Shown: piece after piece, positions 40,331 to 55,135 of the stretch
Layout of the letters: each line of letters begins with the position of its first letter
How positions within the stretch are numbered: the first letter of the stretch is position 1
Origin: Octopus sinensis
Lineage: Eukaryota
Assembly: GCF_006345805.1 (NCBI RefSeq)
Contig: NC_043024.1
Coordinates: 13,764,001-13,828,000, forward strand
Direction of reading: 5' to 3'
DNA: 64,000 nt
Translations under genes and position numbers: made by a program
Notes under the pieces: generated by a model
Seen by the model: the letters and a program-made list of their open reading frames with translations, nothing else
Database searches by the model: none
Told to the model about the DNA's origin: nothing

Positions 40331-41958
40331 TGATGAAGCATATACTTCCCGACCCATGACAGGGGAATCCTGATCCTTAACATTTTGATATAGACAACAT
40401 ATGTGAAAATTAGTTTGTTACTGTCTAACGCACGATTCAAGAGTATATTGGTGCGAAATCGAATAATATTGATTAAGCAGAGATCCTAAATCAATGGACT
40501 ATAAGTGAGCAAACATCAACAGACTGAATAGTTTACAATACTTGGTGTAATTCGAAAAATGGACACGCGAGGGCAAGGATTCTTGAAAAAAGAAATACAC
40601 TTTAGTGGTCAATGAGAAGAGAGAACTGGCGACGATGAATGAGTCGACAGATAACTATTTTCTCTTGCATGAGATGTAGGCTAAAATTGCTATTGGTCAG
40701 TTAAAAGTATTATTGGTCAAAATAATAAATTTCGGAACACAACACGTTTCCAATCAATCAGAATTATGTTTACAATGATGTACACACATGTACAAATGCG
40801 TTCGCATGTGTTTGTGTGTGTGTGTGTGTATGTGTGTGTATGTGTGGGTGTGTGTGTGCGTAGGTGCGTGTGTTAGTGTGTGAGTGTGTGGACGTAATTA
40901 TATATATGCATGTAAGTTTTCTCACTTAGAATGTTCTATTTATTCTCTTCGCTCCACAAAACCTATAAACGTGTATTAAGGTTTGATTCAGATCATGTGA
41001 GTGTGCAAATAGACATATTGACCGAAACGTACATTAAATGGTTTCATAAAGGCAACAGCCAACTCAGTAGAGTAACAGCTGAAGGGGAAGAAGGCATTAC
41101 CAGTGACGCTGGTTGTTTATTCAGGACAAAATACATAGTGAGGGTTCTGAATTCGGCGATTGTACAATGCGCAGCCAATTGCTTGGAAAACATTGGCAGA
41201 AATTTGGAAGAGATATTTTTTCTACAAGCACAATGTATGTCTAGCCATAGAATGTATTTGCCTCCTTAAATTTCTTGTCCTGCTTAGAAATTAAATCCAC
41301 GTTGACACATCCCTGCAGACCATGTGCGACTGTGACAAATAAATCGATACATTGTTGTCTTCATGTAGCGTGATGTTAATAGCGGTAATTTAGATGTAAT
41401 ATGCAGAAATCTCAAAGGTAATTCTGTTTAGAAAGCCCGACATGAAAGGGCCCTAAGTATCATTACGAAAGTTACAAAATACCATTCGGTCAAATCATAA
41501 CGTCTCTCAAATAATTATAATGAGCTGTAAGTAGATTTAAACAGCATTGACTGTAAATTACGTTTTTCGGTTCCTTTGTTTACCGTTCAAATATAAATGA
41601 CATATAGAGAAATGTATGAACACGAATATTGATTCCGAGTACATACATAGGAAACCAAATACATACGTATATATATATATATGTGTATGTATGTATGAAT
41701 GTGTGTGTGTGTAGTCTTACAAGACTATCTAAATGAATGCATGTTTGAAAAGCTCGAATATCAGAGAATTATATAGTCATATTATGTATATAGGTATATG
41801 TATATGCACATGTATATAAGGATATGGATATGAAAGTAAACAGATAGAGAAACAGACGGATAGGTACATATGTGTGTGTGTATATATATATTTATATACA
41901 CACATATGTCCACACATACATACACGCGGGTAGACAGCAAGGTGGACACGCAAAAAAT

Positions 41959-41989
<31 letters not shown>

Positions 41990-42007
41990 CATATATATAT
42001 ATATATA

Positions 42008-42127
42008 TACGTGGGGGTGCTGGGACTTCGTGGCCTTAGTTAAAAGAAAATACAGGAAGGTCAGTTAATCATGATCTTATTCAACATATTCCCCCCTCAA
42101 ATTCACACACTTATTGCAGCGGTCCTG
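42008..42127. mobile_element. Mariner-like terminal fragment (similar end at ~14910-14975)
   Basis: tacgtgggggtgctg...ttattcaacatattccccc...cacacacttattgcagcgg resembles mariner ends. Confidence 0.45.
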
Positions 42128-42366
42128 TGGGGTATTTCCAAATACTGGGCTCTCAGTACTGTTAGGATCTAAGATGCATATAAATGTATTCCACGAACCT
42201 GAGGAGACGGGCTCCGTCAGGAAGCTGCAAAATTTGATGTAACATGGTATCCTTATCAAAGTGTATTGCATGTCACATGTAACTCCTAATAAATATGTTG
42301 GCTACCCCTTCTCTCCTTTGCCAAGGAACTCATATATGTATACATATCTTCCGTAATATATATCTT

Positions 42367-42661
42367 CCGTGACCGACCAGGCCATCAGATGTTGCTACAC
42401 ATCGCTGGTCACAATGCGCTTCGCATTGTTTTAGCCTTCAAATGACGCCACGCCGCTGGTTAAGCGAGCAGACCAACAGAAGAAAGAGTGAGAGAAAGTT
42501 GTGGCGAAAGAGTACAGCAGGGATCGGCACCATCCCCTGCTGGAGCCTCGTGGAGCTTTAGGTGTTTTTGCTCAATAAACACAACGCCCGGTCTGGGAAT
42601 CGAAACCGCGATCCTACGACCGTAAGTCCGGTGCCTTAACCATTGGGCCATTGCGCCTCCA
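42367..42661 (-). mobile_element. SINE family C, tail type 2 (also 32259-32536(+), 51762-52062(-), ~5553-5810(-))
   Basis: Same head; tail ...cattgtgaccagcga...gcaacatctgatgg...ggtcacg. Confidence 0.85.
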
Positions 42662-42687
42662 CATGTATATATATATATATATATATA

Positions 42688-42893
42688 TAACGGGAAGCTT
42701 TATGAAAATAAACAAAAGACGAAGGCAGGCGGAGTACAAACAAATAATGTATTAGTATGGCGCTCAGGAATATAAATAAAACAAGTCTTTTACGTTTCGA
42801 ACCTACGCTCTTCAACAGAAAGATACACAGAGAAGAAACACAGAAAGAAGGAGAGAAAAAAATGCCTGCAGAGGCTAGCGAATCAACATGGCG
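42688..42893 (-). mobile_element. ~200-bp (TA)n-embedded repeat family carrying the variant hammerhead; other copies ~45470-45667, ~27165-27340, ~43683-43870, 28961-29030 (partial), ~15380-15570 (diverged)
   Basis: Shared aacaaaagacgaag(g/a)cagg...aacaaac...ttttacgtttcgagcctacgctctt. Confidence 0.75.
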
Positions 42894-43505
42894 ATATATA
42901 TATATATATAAAATATATAAGAAAATGGAGGACAAATAACAATAGCAACAACAACAGCGACAACAATAATAAAATTGATGATATATTTGTGATAATAATT
43001 TAAATGTAAAATTTCCTGAGAAATGTGGTTTACAATATTTCTAGAAATAGCTCAACAATTACTGCTTTGGCCGAGGTCAAATTACAGGTCGCTTGACATG
43101 TTCAACAAACGCCTAAATCAAACACCAATCAACTTAAGTAATTTAGTGAAGCAACAAACCGATTGGTCAGAATACGTTTTGCAAAAGAAATTAATATTCT
43201 GGAGCCTATACAAATGTATTTAAGACTCACAGATTAGGCATCTCACCACAGATGTAAATTGTGAAACTGAACTTTCACATGAACCTGAATATTGCATAGT
43301 TTAAATTCATGAAATTAGTTCAGTCAGAATGGACATTTGATATTCCATCATTTCAGTATAATATATTATTGTAAGGTTGTAAATAAAACGTGAAAATCTG
43401 TTGGAATCTTTTGAATTCTATTACACAATCATATAATACATACATATATATATATATATATAATATATATATATATGTGTGTTGTGTCTGTGTGTGTGTA
43501 TATAT

Positions 43506-43561
<56 letters not shown>

Positions 43562-43959
43562 AATATATATAATACAAAGACACATACACACACACACACA
43601 CACACACTATTATAATATATACTATATTATATATATATATATTATATAATATAGAATATATATGTATATATGTATGTATATAGTGGTAACTTGCCAAAAT
43701 CAAACGACGAAGACAGGAGTGTAAACAACAAACATATGTATTAGTTTAACGCTCTGGAAGGTGAGAAAGTCTTTTACGTTTCGAGCCTACGTTCTTCGAC
43801 AGAAATGAACACGAGAAAATAGACAGAGTGAATAAGAAAAAATAAGGCTTTAGTGGTTACATTGTTCTGATTAAGAGGAAACAGAGTAAGTAAAAAGCAG
43901 ATGGTTGTCTACTTACTCGTTATGCAGAGCCTGACTTCCTGTTGTACTTACACTTTAGA

Positions 43960-44400
43960 TTCATCGTGGCAATTTATCTGTTTTTTCAACCGGGCAATGT
44001 ATTTAAAAGACATCCACATATATTGCATTTTTGGTTTGGACCCACCATGAATGAGCTGGCATTAAGTTTTTATGTTTGTGGACCTTAGAATGTCTTTTGA
44101 GGCCTCCGTTAAATTTGCAGACTTTATGGCATACACTGCATTGAAAGGTGTGCACAGATAGATATACAGAATAGTTGGTGAACTTCGTTTTTTCAACGGT
44201 CCGCAAATGAGATTAGAGCCTAGCATAAGAAAGGCACGGTCTGTCACAAAACGCTTAGACAAAAAAGATCGCTGAGATTCGCCTGCTCGTTGATCGCAAC
44301 ATTCTTCTTTAAATCGTTCTTGAGTGTGGCATGTGTAATCCTCCTCAAACGATTTCACTCCACTCCACTCTTTTGATCGCCATCCTGCTCGATCGAAGCA
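43960..44400 (-). mobile_element. 3' end of an RTE-clade LINE
   Basis: DRAGWRSKEWSGVKSFEE followed by a C2H2-like CSVCHKVCKFNGGLKRHSKVH. Confidence 0.65.
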
Positions 44401-44534
44401 AGGGTTTCTATATATAGGTGTATAGCTACATACACACATACACACAGACACGCATACACACACACACGAACACATCTATATGTATGTAATAATATTCATG
44501 TATAGGTCAACATTTTCTATATCTTCATATACAT

Positions 44535-44655
44535 GCCCAGGTTTATGTTTTTCAATAAAGTTAGCTACTGTATTTAACCGCTGTTATACAGTTGTCATTT
44601 TACTGCATTGGTAAATACAGGATTTTGTCTAAAGTTTGAGCGCAAATAATCTGCA

Positions 44656-44708
<53 letters not shown>

Positions 44709-45215
44709 GCTTGATTTGTAATGCTCTTTGGATACAAAATTCTTCCTTGTGCAGTGTCGTCCTCTGTCTAAGAGACATTCCTGCTTGACCAATATTGTTT
44801 TGTCCACACCATGAAAAAGTTATGGCGTAGATTAAGTTTTCGGAAGAACAGGTAAACTCAGTGCTAATTTTCAATATTTATCCCCGTCTTAAGGTGAATT
44901 CTGATTCTTTCAGTATATTGGGATATGTTTCCCAATTAGGTACCCTGCATCTTTCATCTCTTGGTTTCTGTTGTTGCTCCGTAAATTTTCGAAGCTCTCA
45001 GTATTAACTTTTGTGGTTTTAGATTTCATTTTGTACTTTTAGTGAATTTGTGTGTACCAAGAATCTAGTTCAAAATAGGGTCCTTAGGGACTACGGTTAA
45101 ATTTTGAATAATAGTGTTACACACCTCATTGTATATAGGGGTGTGGGTAGAAAAATATTGTATTTTAAATCGGTGTTATTTCGTCTCCTAATGTCTAGAT
45201 ACCAATGCTCAACAT
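44535..45215 (-). mobile_element. Decayed Penelope-like element: linker and GIY-YIG endonuclease
   Basis: Translation FTCSSENLIYAITFSWCGQNNIGQAGMSLRQRTTLHK fits the PLE pattern N.IY.I.C..C...YIG.T...L..R...H; downstream FIEKHKP; has stops and a (CT)n insertion at ~44659-44704. Confidence 0.8.
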
Positions 45216-45530
45216 TAATCATATGAATATATTTAAATATATAGATGCATATAACATTACATATACATATGTATACATATAATAATATTAGGGAGTAAAT
45301 CCAAACTTACAGGGAAAAATTAGATTTAGGATTAAATCTAATTTTATAGTATAAATATATACATTAATTTTTTTTATTAATTAATTTTATTTCTATGTAC
45401 TGGTTTATGATTTTCACTATTTGATTTGCCTAATGATGGTTTTATCTGTAATTTAATATGTATGTATACGCCATGTTGGATCGTTAGCTCCTAAACGCAA
45501 TTTTTTCTCTCCTTGTTTCTTTTCTGTGTA

Positions 45531-45568
45531 TCTTTCTGTCGAAGAGCGTAGGCTCGAAACGTAAAAGG
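45531..45568 (+). ncRNA. Variant minimal hammerhead-like motif (A6>U, loopless stem III)
   Basis: tcttt-CTGTCGA-a-gagc-gtag-gctc-GAAA-CG-TA-aaagg. Related copies at 42786-42823(-), 43770-43807(-), 27237-27274(-) and 15450-15482(+, CCGACGA core). Confidence 0.55.
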
Positions 45569-46560
45569 CTTGTTCTATTTCTATTCCTGAGCGCCATACT
45601 AATACATTTGTTTGTTTGTACTCCACCTGCCTTCGTCTTTTGTTTATTTTCGTAAAGCTTCCCGTTATATATATATATATACATATAACATATTTAATAT
45701 ACACATAAATATATCATATTTAAATATACACGTAATATTACATATTTAAATGTATACATGCATATAACATTTTACATTGTTCATATATACATATAACATA
45801 TTTATATGCACAAATACACTTTTGGTATATGCAAAGTATATACGTGTATGAAGTTTAAATTATTACGACTATATACCTGTGTCTCTGTGTGTTATAGAGA
45901 GAGCGAGAGAGAGAGGGGGGTTGAATAAGAGAAAACATGTTTATGAGTGTATATCTATAGCGTATCAGAATAAAATCTACATAAAACATAAGCGGCGATG
46001 CTCGGCCTTGGCTAAGTTCATTAATCCCGAAGATAAACGTAGTCACACGAATTCATTATTTTATGAATGAATTGCTTTCGAAAGATATTGATAATCTTCA
46101 ATTCTTTGGGGAGTGTTGATTGATTAGAATTATGGAATCCAAGCTACTCGGAAAATGCTTCAAGCTGAGCTTCAAAGAAACACGCGCAGGAATATATAAA
46201 TAAAACACATAAATTAGCGCAAAATGTGGAAAATGAAAACATAAATTTTAATTTTACGTATTTTTTGTAATTTTCTTCAAACGCATGCTTGAATTTCAAA
46301 ATGCTACTAATTTACATAATTACATAAATTATTTCCTTAATCAATATCTTTCTGCGATATATATTACTTTACTTGCGGGTATACAGACAATTTTCGTGTG
46401 TCTCTCAGGAACTACGAAGAGCAAATTCCTGCTCTTTCCTGAAATGAAGGAAGAAGCATTATCCTGGACATGGGAATTCAGAAACAATTCCAGGGATTTT
46501 CTGTTATTGCGTGTTTGATAGCGAAAAGCCCAACAGAAGCAAAAGCTATTAGAAGCGCCA

Positions 46561-46795
46561 AGAAGGCGGCAAGCTGGCAGAAACGTTAGCACACCGGGCG
46601 ATATGCGTAGCCGTATTTCGTCTGCCGTTACGTTCTGGGTTCAAATTCCGCCGAGGTCGACTTTGCCTTTCATCCTTTCGGGGTCGATAAATTAAGTACC
46701 GGTTACGCACTGGGGTCGATGTAATCGACATAACCCGTTTGTCTGTCCTTGTTTGTCCCCTCTGTGTTTAGCCCCTTGTGGTTAGTAAAGAAATA
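46561..46795 (+). mobile_element. SINE family A with 14-bp TSD; further copies ~4250-4430, ~9220-9530, ~12895-13020(-), ~51080-51243(-)
   Basis: TSD tattagaagcgcca at 46547-46560 and 46796-46809. Confidence 0.9.
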
Positions 46796-47074
46796 TATTA
46801 GAAGCGCCATGCCTTACTCATTACTGCTTAAATTTCAGTCCGGTTGTGTTAATACTATCCTGGAGATTTAATCTATTTGGCAACTCTTTTACTTGTGTCA
46901 GTCATTTGAATGTGGCCATGCAGGAGCACCGCCTTTAATCGACCAAACTTATTCTTAGTAAGCCTAGTACTTATTCCATAGGTCTCTTTTGCCGAACCGC
47001 TAGATTACAGCGACGTAAACACACCAGCATCGGTTGTCAAGCGATGTTGCGGGGACAAACACAGACACACAAAC

Positions 47075-47186
<112 letters not shown>

Positions 47187-47191
47187 CATAC

Positions 47192-47222
<31 letters not shown>

Positions 47223-49082
47223 ATGACGGGCTTCTTTAAGTTTCATCTACCAAATCCACTCACAAGGATTTGGTCGGCCCAGGGATGATGTAGAAGACAC
47301 TTGCCCAAGGTACCACACAAACACTGGGGTCAATTCTTTCGAATAATGGTTCTTGAAGGGGTTGCTCCACGGTGGCCGCTATCTAATGGATGAAACAAAA
47401 TGAAATGGTAATGTGTGCACATTTACATGCATGTATGTAGAAAGGGAGGGAGCACAGCGATATGGTGTGAGAAGAATTTCATGCTGATCATTTTGTAGTG
47501 ATATTGTTATGTCAAATAATCACGTTTTTTTGTTCGCTTTAACAGTTTCTATGCCACGAGTTTTTCATGTGTCAAACAATTTCTGTTCCGCTGGAAATCA
47601 TACCTTTCGGCTGCTGGAAATAGTTCGTTCTTAACACTGTTGGATTGCAGCTCCGAAATAATGAATGGCAAGACAAGATTATACCCAGCATAAAGAACAT
47701 TTAAATCCGTTATTACAAGCCAAATATCTTAAGATTAAGGGGAACAGAGCGGGGAATGTAATTTTCGTATGACTTCGTTTTGTCAACGCCAATGAACAGA
47801 AAAAAGAGAAAGGGAAAAGGCTAAAGAAGTGTCATAGCAGATTAAAAACATTAGATCATAGGCAAAGTAACTTCACGGCGGCAATGAGCTAAGACTGCAT
47901 CTCATTTAAGTTTGCTTAACAAAGTATTACCAACATTAGTGAAAGCGGATAGGATGCTGCACTCACAATCGCTAGATTCCGGGTCCACGTGACGCCTTGT
48001 GATCTTGAGTGAAACAGTAACTGCTGCTGTAGTATGGTAGAAGCACTCCGTCGGTTACGACGATGAGGGTTCCGGTTGATCCGAATCAACGGAACAGCCT
48101 GCTCGTGAAATTAACGTGTAAGTGGCTGAGCACTCCACAGACACGTGCACCCTTAACGTAGTTCTCGAGGATATTCAGCGTGACGCAGAGAGTGACAAGA
48201 CCGGCCCCTTGAAATACAGGTACAACAGAAACAGGAAGTAAGAGTGAGAGAAAATTGTGGTGAAAGAGTACAGCAGGGATCACCACCATCCCCTGCCGGA
48301 GCCTGGTGGTGCTTTTAGGTGTTTTCGCTCAATAAACACTCACAACGCCCGGTCTGGGAATCGAAACCGCGATCCTATGACCGCGTGTCCGCTACCCTAA
48401 CCACTGGGCCATTGCGCCTCCACTGCTGTAGTATAAACGCTAGGGAATTTGAATGGGTTTACAAAACCTACATAGCTAAATGTTTCTTAGGCTGCTCTTT
48501 TCTACTGAAGATGGGTCTTTCCACCCGAAATATCAACGTTCTGTAAGACTCCCCACGTTGTCAGAAGCATTATATTTTCTCTATTTTTACCCACTTCACT
48601 TTACTCCAATCCCACATCCTTAAATAGGAACCAGCCTGACGAACACGCTCTCCTGTTCGCCTCTTCGCGTAGGAACTGAAGAGGAATCATTCAAAAGTTA
48701 AAACAAAGCGAATTGTGACCAGCGTTGCATAACAACATCCGACACTATAGGCTATCGCCTCATCACGTGGCTTATAGCATTAACCTGATTCATCTAAAAC
48801 ATTACAAAACAAAAGCATGGACCACGTGACACTTTCAATACGCAATATATTATTACGGACGGACGGACGTAACATATACACAGTGGCATCTCTAACTTAA
48901 TCTTCTCTTAATCTCCTAAAATTAAAGAGTTACTCACAAATTATTCAAATCTGCTTCAAATATTCAATCCAAATTTTCTATTAAAATCCAAGAAAACATT
49001 TATTTTAAACTTAATACCTTATTATATTGATCCGCATTAATACGTGTGTGTTTATGTACGTATCCGTATAATATATATATGA

Positions 49083-49126
<44 letters not shown>

Positions 49127-49900
49127 ATATATATATGTATGTAGATATATATATATGTGTGTGTGTGTGTCTATATATATATATATACATATAATGCATA
49201 TATATTATATTGATCAGTATTAATACGTATGTATATGTACGTATCCATGTATACACACACACACGCACACACACATATGTATATATATACATTTGTGCGC
49301 GTGCGTGTGTATGTGTGTAAATGTGTGCGTGAACGCGCGCGTTTGGTTGTGTTTCACACATTAATCCCTAAATCCATTCTTACGCATTCATTAGCAGCCA
49401 TTTTAGTTTATTGTGTAAATGTTATCATATTTCGAGTTAAAAAGAAAAATGACTTTTTTCTGGTGGGTTGGGGGGGGAAATTTTAATTTAAACGTTAAAA
49501 TGGTGTAGGGCGGCGGTATTTAATCTTCAAAAAGACATGCAAATTAATAAAATAAGAAATGGTTATCAGTTTGGCCAAAAATGTGACTTAGTGGTAGAAA
49601 TTTTTATTTTGCTGATTAAGATTTTAATTAATAAGACTTCTTTAATCAAATAGCAGATCCCAATGCGAAAATATTCTCTAATGAAATATAAAAGAAGAAA
49701 TCAATTGTCAATAATGAGAAATTCTATTTTTGAAAAACCAAACAGAAGAGAAATCATACGATGCGAAAGGTGAACTGAGGTGATAAGACGAAAAACTAAA
49801 GGTGTCATACAATAGTTTTCTATGAACGTGTCCATAGGCATATCTGCCTGCGCATATGTGCGTTTACCAGTGTGTACGCTTGCGTATGTATGCATGTATG

Positions 49901-49955
<55 letters not shown>

Positions 49956-51726
49956 CAAATTACACAAATGTATATATATATATATATGCATATGTGTAAT
50001 TTGATAAGTCGCAACACAGAAAATTCTTGGATGTTGTACTGCTAAATGTATATATACCGGCTGTGCAAGCAAAATTGACGAAATTTTAGATTCGAGTTCG
50101 AACCTTACTATGTTACGAATTTTTAAAGATAACTTAATGGAAGTATCAGTGGTTTTTCTAACCCTACTGGACTTTACTCTGAGCAAAACATATGTTGATT
50201 ACCCTCTAAGCTCTCAAGAAGAATTGCGAAGTTGATCATGGGCGAAAATAATATTTTCATAAATAATTAAACATAGCTCAGTGTTGGTAGCTTATAAAGG
50301 ACTGAATAAATTTCGAATGGAAGCTTGGTGCCAGAGAAATCCTGGCCGAAATCATACATGTTAGGCACCAAGAATTGCTCTGCTACTGGCGATGACTTTC
50401 TCAACCCGCTTCCTGACAGCTATACAAGCTTTCTTAATAAATTATTCATCAGTATGCTCCCCCTACGCCCTACAGATGGATATTCTGAGGGCTTGTACCT
50501 TAGTGTGGGTCTTCTCACAAGCTTCTGTCCATCCTACTCATTCACAAAGCATTGGTCGGCCGCGGTCGGACAAAAATGTCAAGCACTGGGACTGAGAGTC
50601 GAAACGACGCCTTTTCGAATACCCGGCAACGTGTGATTGTGTGTTTTTGTGTGTGTATGTGTGTGTGTCTTGTTGTTTCCGTCCCTGTAACTTAACGGTT
50701 CAGCGGATGACTCCAACAGAATATTTACAAGCCATGAGAAAATGGGAATAAATAAATACTGATGTAGATTCATTCGACTAAGACACTTTCAAGATTGTGC
50801 TCCAGCGTGGCCACTCTCCAGTGACCAAAGCAAGTAAACGATAGGAGACAAGACTTATATATACATATATTCATACAAATAGACACAGATACCTTTAACT
50901 TGTTTCAGTCACGTGACTCCGGCCATGCTGGAGCACTCCATTGAAGGGCTTTAGTCAAAACTCGACCTCAAAACTTTTGTTAGGCATGCCCTCGGTGCCT
51001 TTTGCCGAACCGCAAATATACGTGTAAGTAAAACCTGAGCAGTTGAAGTAGAGACAGTTTTGGGTAAGGGATTCAGCTGATTACATCAATTCCAATCCTC
51101 AGCTGATGCGTATTTTATCGACCCCGAAAGGATGAAAGCAAAGATGCCCAAGACGGAATTTGAACTCAGAGAGAAAAGCCAGACCGAATGTTTGTCGCTA
51201 AGCACTTTTCCCGCTGTGCCAAAACTTCTGCCTGCTCGCCATCTTGAATAGATGCTCCTTTTGAAACGAAACATACTTTTTTACCATAAATAAAAATAAT
51301 ATGTTCTCATTTGTACAACTCTTGTCAAAATTAATCTACCTTTTACCCGTCACTACTCTGTAATTTTTTCTCAAGTTTCGACTGTCCAAGTCAAACAACC
51401 GACATTTGTATCAGAGATGTGCTATATATCAAACAATTATAATTAAATGGTTTATCAATTTTTTGTGTCTGTAAATAATGATGAAATACATATTTTTCGT
51501 AAAAAAATGCATTTACTGCTTTGTTACTTACTCGCTCGTCTCCACTCCTCTCATCCCCCCCACACACTCTCTCTTTCTCTCTCCTTTCTTGCTTACCGTT
51601 TCTAAGTGTAGCATTGTGCTACTCATTGCATGTAACCAAGCCTGTTATATACACTCACACTTCATCTCTTATGTTAAATCTGTACGTATATATGTCTACA
51701 TACACACCTGCACATACATATCTGCG

Positions 51727-51758
<32 letters not shown>

Positions 51759-52061
51759 AGTCACCGTGACCAACCAGGCTATCAGATGTTGTTACACATC
51801 GCTGGTCACAATAAGCTTCGCATTGTTTTAGCCTTCGAATGACGCCACCCAGATGGCTGAAGCGAGCAGGCCAACACAAGAAAGAGTGAGAGAAGGTTAT
51901 GGCGAAATAGTACAGCAGGGATCGCCATCACCCCTGCCGGAGTCTCGTGGACCTTTTAGGTGTTTTCGCTCAATAAACACTCACAACCTCCGGTCTGGGA
52001 ATCGAAGCCGCGATCCTACAACCGCGAGTCCGGTGACCTAACCACTGGGCCATTGCGCCTC

Positions 52062-52107
<46 letters not shown>

Positions 52108-53118
52108 CACGCGCGATATATTTGTGTGTGTACGTATAGGTTTGTGTGTGTGTGTGTTTATGTGTGTATTATCGTTTACAGTATTTCATTTAAATTCAAA
52201 CATATTGACTCTGGCCGTATCTTTCCATTTCTATATCTCGCTTTCTCACGAAGTCCTCTTTCATTAAACTTAACCTTCATCTCATCATTTATATCTCTGT
52301 TTTACTTTCATTTTCCATTTCTGAAAGTTTCTCTTTGTATTGGCCTCTGACTGCGTGAATTTAGCCGTGTGTGTGTTTATTTGTGTGAGTGTCTGCATCA
52401 GTGTGTCTGTGTGTGTGTCTGATGATATCTCATGAATATGTTGCATATTTCTGTATATTTGTCGCCAAATATATACGTCTATTTTACTATATACACGCGG
52501 ATATTCGTCTCTGTGTGACGGATGATGTGTATACGCATGAATGCACCTATAGATGTGTATATATTTTCCTCTTTCGATTTATAAGCGCGTATGTGTGTGT
52601 GTGTGGATATTTGTCTGACTGAATATATCTCTATACCATTATCCTTGCATCTCTCACAGTATCACAGTAATGCTGTGTATATTTCGATATGTCTCAATAA
52701 GAGTAAACCATATATTTGTCTGTAGGCGTGCGATGTGATCTTAGTACAGATGTAAGCGTCTACATGTGATATCAGTATTTATTTTTAATTTCTTTTAACA
52801 TTATCTTCACCTTCTATTGTTTTTTTTTTTCTTTTTTTGCTTTCCAAGCGTTATCAAAACGAGTGATCCTCTTTCAAATATATTTATTTAAATTTTATAT
52901 TGAGCTTATATTTCACATCAATAAACTTTGTAACCTCTCAAAACAAATCAAGTTGTCTGTACAGATGCAACCGAAAATACTGCATAGAAATAAATGCGAT
53001 ATCCAGACATTTAATGCACAAACGAATATGCGTACACACCACTCCCACATCTATATATAAAAGAAATATATAATACATATATGTACACCCACATATATAT
53101 ATATATATACATATATGT

Positions 53119-53157
<39 letters not shown>

Positions 53158-53275
53158 CTATATATATATATATATATATAATTATATATATATATATTAT
53201 ATACATACATAATATATATATATACATATACATAAATATATATATATATATATATAATATATATATATATATATA

Positions 53276-53322
<47 letters not shown>

Positions 53323-54026
53323 AATATATATATATATAAAGAATTAAATAATGTAGTTTGTGCACGTGTGGGTGTGTGTGTATGTGTGTAAGCCGTATAA
53401 TGGCTGGAGGTTTGAGGCCTGAATATATTAATTTGACCACTTGACATCCTTAGGAACGTGGCAGGTTCGAATCCATTTTTACTCTAGTGATAATTTTAAT
53501 TCGGACTACGATTATGCTTACATCCTTGCACTAGAATGTATTCTACGCATTATACATCACGATATATATTTTTAAAAAAACAATGTAAATATAGAATGCT
53601 AGCACATCAGCTCCACGGAAGATCATGGCTCCACCAGCAATAATAAATATTTTAATCACGCATACCTCCTGACATTTTATGTTGTACAAAATCCTGATCG
53701 TGTAATTTCATTGACCGCATCTTTCAGATTTCAGCTGTAAGGAGACATTTTATTACAGGTCTTTGTATCGGATTACTATGTGGTCTGTTATCCAAGTCCA
53801 TTCGAAGAGCCTCCTGTGATAGCCATAGTATCAGAATGCTAGGAATCCATAACGTAAATTGCAAACATATATATAGTAGTGGGTGTGTGGTAAGAAGCTT
53901 GCTTCCAAACCACACGGTTCCGGATTCAGTCCCACCTTGGGCAAGTGTCTTCCAATATAGCCTCGGGCCCACCAAATACATAGTTATGAGTGGATTTGGT
54001 AGACGGAAACTGAAAGTAGCCCATCG

Positions 54027-54061
<35 letters not shown>

Positions 54062-55008
54062 ATATTATAATATTATAATTAGGGTTCAGCAACGATTTGC
54101 TTCACCACATACCGAAGTTTAGAAATAGCAGTCAAAAAATCTTAGCTATTCCTTCTACTCTAAAAGGAGTTCCCAGATAAACCAAAACACTTCAATTATA
54201 AAGTATTACTTAAGCTTACCATGAATTGGTCCTTTTCATGCCGAATTCTACTTGGTGAAATTACCGATTACTTCTTAATTAATTAATTTCACCCTTTGTT
54301 ATTATTCATATATATATATATATATATGATATGACATAATTCATTTGAATAAGGTATGTAAATGTAAGGTACGTAGTGCATTACGAAATAAATATTTTTT
54401 GTTAATTTTTTTTTCCAGATGAATAAAAGTATTTTGCAATCAACGTAGTCTCTACATTGCCAACATTGATATTTTACAGAAGTTTGCAATTTATTTCTAT
54501 TGCATTTCTATTTCTATTAATCTTCAAAATTACACCGCCAATGCTAATGACTTTGCCATTGACAAGAAGTGTTTCAACGTCTGTTAAATATTACTCATGA
54601 CTAATGTTTCTGGTGAGTCGAAATAACTTGACGAGAGTGGGGAATAGTGGTGCTACTTGTTATAAAAGGGATAATTGGTTTTTAATAGCTTGTTTTAATT
54701 TAAATTTTGATTTACAAAGGTGTACTTAAATATTATTTAAATGAGAAACACGTAGTTTAGAGCTTAGAGGTGATACTAAGTTTGTGGCTTTGGCCACTGG
54801 ACGAGGTGATTTGTTGTCCCCTCGAGCAAGACAATTCTTCTTACACTGTTCCAGTCCACTCAGCTGGCGAAAAAGAGGAACCCTTGAAGAACCGCCACAG
54901 AATCTGAGAAACTGGACTTGTCAGCATATAAGCTGAGTTGGACTATTCATTCATTTTCAGAGTTGCTTGTGTGTTTAAGTGTGGTCATCCTCTTTCTGTC
55001 TGTCTGTA

Positions 55009-55049
<41 letters not shown>

Positions 55050-55092
55050 GCCCCTCACTCTCTCTACTTCTCTGTCTATATCACGATCTATG

Positions 55093-55135
<43 letters not shown>

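Noticed and set aside
42198-42230. CTGAGGA-gacgg-gct-ccgtc hairpin
   Set aside because: Followed by AGGAAG rather than GAAA, and no stem I
48505-48545. CTGAAGA-t-gggt...accc-GAAA hammerhead-like core
   Set aside because: Stem II is present but there is no convincing stem I or III; at most a decayed motif
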